A stretch of 64,000 nucleotides of DNA. Origin: Lepidodermella squamata. Lineage: Eukaryota; Animalia; Gastrotricha. The notes beneath the pieces are model-generated. The model searched no databases and was not told the origin of the DNA. It worked only from the letters and a program-made list of their open reading frames with translations. The stretch covers positions 4,216,001-4,280,000 of the forward strand of contig JBLDXI010000007.1 in NCBI GenBank assembly GCA_047495785.1, in the 5' to 3' direction. Position numbers and translations under genes: made by a program. This document shows positions 61,815 through 64,000 of this stretch, one piece after another. Positions within the stretch are counted from its first letter, which is position 1; each line of letters starts with the position of its first letter.

Positions 61815-63177
61815 ATGAAGTCGTTCTTGGTCGCAACATTCTCCATGATTGTTGCGATTCAAGCCCAGCCTGATTCGTAAGTTTTTGTTTTAATTTAACA
61901 ACAAGCCGTCTCATCGTTATTTTGTGATGAAGAAAATGCTACCGGAATTCGATTGTTGGCTCGTTTGATAATAAAAATGTTCAGGCCTCGTCGTGGACTT
62001 GCTATCAGTCTGTTCTCGACAGCCTATACACAACAGCATCCACTGGTGATATCGGCTATATGGACTACAATGCGTCAACTGGAAATCTACAGCCTCTTCA
62101 ATCGATGTAATTTGAAACCTGATTTGAATTTTTCGACAAATTTCCAACTAAATTTACTGGAACAGAATGCACATCCCCTTATACTTTCCGAGCCACAATG
62201 TGCTCGATTGGAGTATTTTCAAAAATAAAAGTCTTGACTTATTTTAATTGCAGCCATAGCTACTATATCTACGTATTGATCCACGACTACCAAACCCACG
62301 CCTACGACAGCTGGGTACTGGACATGGCCCGGGCCTTGTGGGAACGCGCTACGTACGACCACCAGGACACGACCGCGCCGAATCAGCTGCACGGCGTGCA
62401 AGTCATTGCGATCGACTGGTCACGGGCTTCCCTCGCCATCGGATCCGGAGCTGCGAATAGAGGACCACGCTACGCTTACGCACAATCTATTCTGAACGCG
62501 TTAGAAGTCGCTCGGTTGGTCGGCAACCACTTCAACGATCTGATCACGGATTACCAAACAAACCCGAACGCGCCCTTTGCGAATCTCCACTGCATTGGCC
62601 ACGGCGTCGGGGCTCACATCTGCGGTGTCGCGTCCAAGGTCTTCAAAGCAGGCCGGCCGTTCTGGAAACCATTCAACAGAGTCACTGCCCTGGACCCAGC
62701 TCGTGTTCTCTTCGAGAAAAGCGATGACGACATTGATGTGCCGTCGGCTCAGCGGCTCGATAAGTACGATGCTTTCTACGTAGACGCCATTCACACAACA
62801 AATACCTACGGCTACCATGGGAAAGCTGGCCTTGTCGATCATTTCGTAAATGGTGACGAAAATGGCATGAGCAAAATCATTTCGAACCTTCAACCTGGCT
62901 GTAGCACTGAATGTGAGATCATTTTTCCGAAGGAAAAGTGGGATTAATTGATTTTCCTGTAGATTGCGGCCATATGAGAGCAGTTGAGCTGTTCCAGTCG
63001 ACAATTCGAGGCGATCGATCGTCGTACCACTCAGACCAATGCTCGTTCCAGTCGTGTGATTCGCGCGGCTACCACAACAAATGCCGTCTCGGGTTTGAAT
63101 CGAACAACAACTGCGGCTTTTACCCCAACGCAACATTCTGCGGATATCTCAGTTCGACAAGAGAGCCGTTTTGCTAG
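61815..63177 (+). CDS. Secreted pancreatic-lipase-family protein lacking the catalytic Ser, multi-exon
   Basis: VIAIDW, IGHGVGAHICG, RVTALDPA, VDAIHT, QPGC and CGHMRAVELF motifs. Signal peptide at 61815. Confidence 0.85.
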
Positions 63178-63660
63178 ACGGATAGATCTTATGGACCTGA
63201 TGTTAGATTTTATTTTCTCAATTTTAGAGATAGCTGATTTTCTGGACGCAGTTCAACTTGCCTAGATACATCAATAAAAGTGTCGCGAAATACCAGCCAC
63301 CTATAATTTACAGCTGGCGTGGCATTGCGTTATTGCATGCGAAATGGATTTCAAGGTCTTTAAAACGCATAAAGAATTAATAGATATGAATGAGAATCTG
63401 ACTGACTGAACAAAAAGGAAGCCAGCCCACTCGATGGGTGACATTTTGAAGTCACATACACGTGATATGGGCTGTTATTTATAGCCTCGATCATCCACAG
63501 TTTATTTTGCTGAAACCCCACAAACTGTCGCGAATCTAAGCATTAGTGTGCTGGCAGCCATTAGCTGTTTTCCAAAACTTCTCAAATCACGTTTCATAAT
63601 TGATGAGCAACTGTTGGCAACTTCACTTGTTCGAATTCGAGCAATCGTAACTTTTCAAGA

Positions 63661-64000
63661 ATGAGCTCGAAAACATTGTTTCATTTATTGGCAGCAATAG
63701 CTGCAGTTTCAATCTTCACAAAATGTAATTCGGTTGTGTCAGTGGTGCCCAAGCCTGATACAGTGTCGTTCCCGCTGCCATATCAGTGGGATGGAAATGC
63801 GACTTACGACCCGACGGTGTCATTTGATGCGAATCCAAACAACAACATAACATCAACAGCTTCGTTCGTGCCGGGTGGCAACATCACGAATTCAACAGCT
63901 GGCTTTCAACTTTCAGACATGACGGCTTCATACGGAATTATTTACACCAACGCTGTAAGAATTTGTTATTTTTTCAGATGAATTTTGAGTTTGAACTTCT
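63661..64000 (+). CDS. 5' part of another lectin-like-domain gene related to the subtype A/C heads (truncated by the window end)
   Basis: Signal peptide followed by PKPDTVSFPLPYQWDGNATYDPTVSFD...FQLSD..YG, similar to the N-termini of the 41100 and 44632 genes. A GTAAG donor follows. Confidence 0.6.

Noticed and set aside
62501-63136. 211-aa antisense ORF (and similar antisense ORFs over the channel and stalk exons)
   Set aside because: These are shadow ORFs opposite well-supported genes.

Overview
This is eukaryotic DNA from a compact-genome invertebrate animal: most introns are about 50-80 bp GT-AG, the tRNAs are eukaryote-type, and most genes belong to animal families. The window is dominated by a tandem array of unusual Cys-loop pentameric ligand-gated ion channel (pLGIC) genes. 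There are 8 apparently complete copies in 3 subtypes, 1 truncated fragment, and 1 probable further copy cut by the window end. My predicted in-frame splicing joins a signal peptide, one or two L-type (legume/ERGIC-53/VIP36-like) lectin-like domains and Ser/Thr mucin-like stalks to a single-exon nAChR-like ligand-binding domain plus 4 TM helices. The channel part lacks the acetylcholine-binding residues and has a hybrid P-D-R selectivity motif. This candidate family of lectin-headed, possibly glycan- or contact-gated channels is the main finding. Other genes: an intact Crypton tyrosine recombinase, a secreted sushi/CCP protein, a gustatory-receptor-like 7TM gene, a membrane-anchored Smr protein, a bacterial-like Svx/AvrXca metallopeptidase with an AbfB domain and one intron (HGT candidate), carboxypeptidase Q, three intronless RING-CH/MARCH-like genes, a stand-alone L-type lectin, an ankyrin protein, a carbohydrate sulfotransferase and a Ser-to-Gly pseudo-lipase. 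There is also a tRNA cluster bracketed by inverted repeats and several non-autonomous DNA transposons (hAT, MULE, CACTA with a nested pogo-like element). All gene models are manual predictions; no database search was run.
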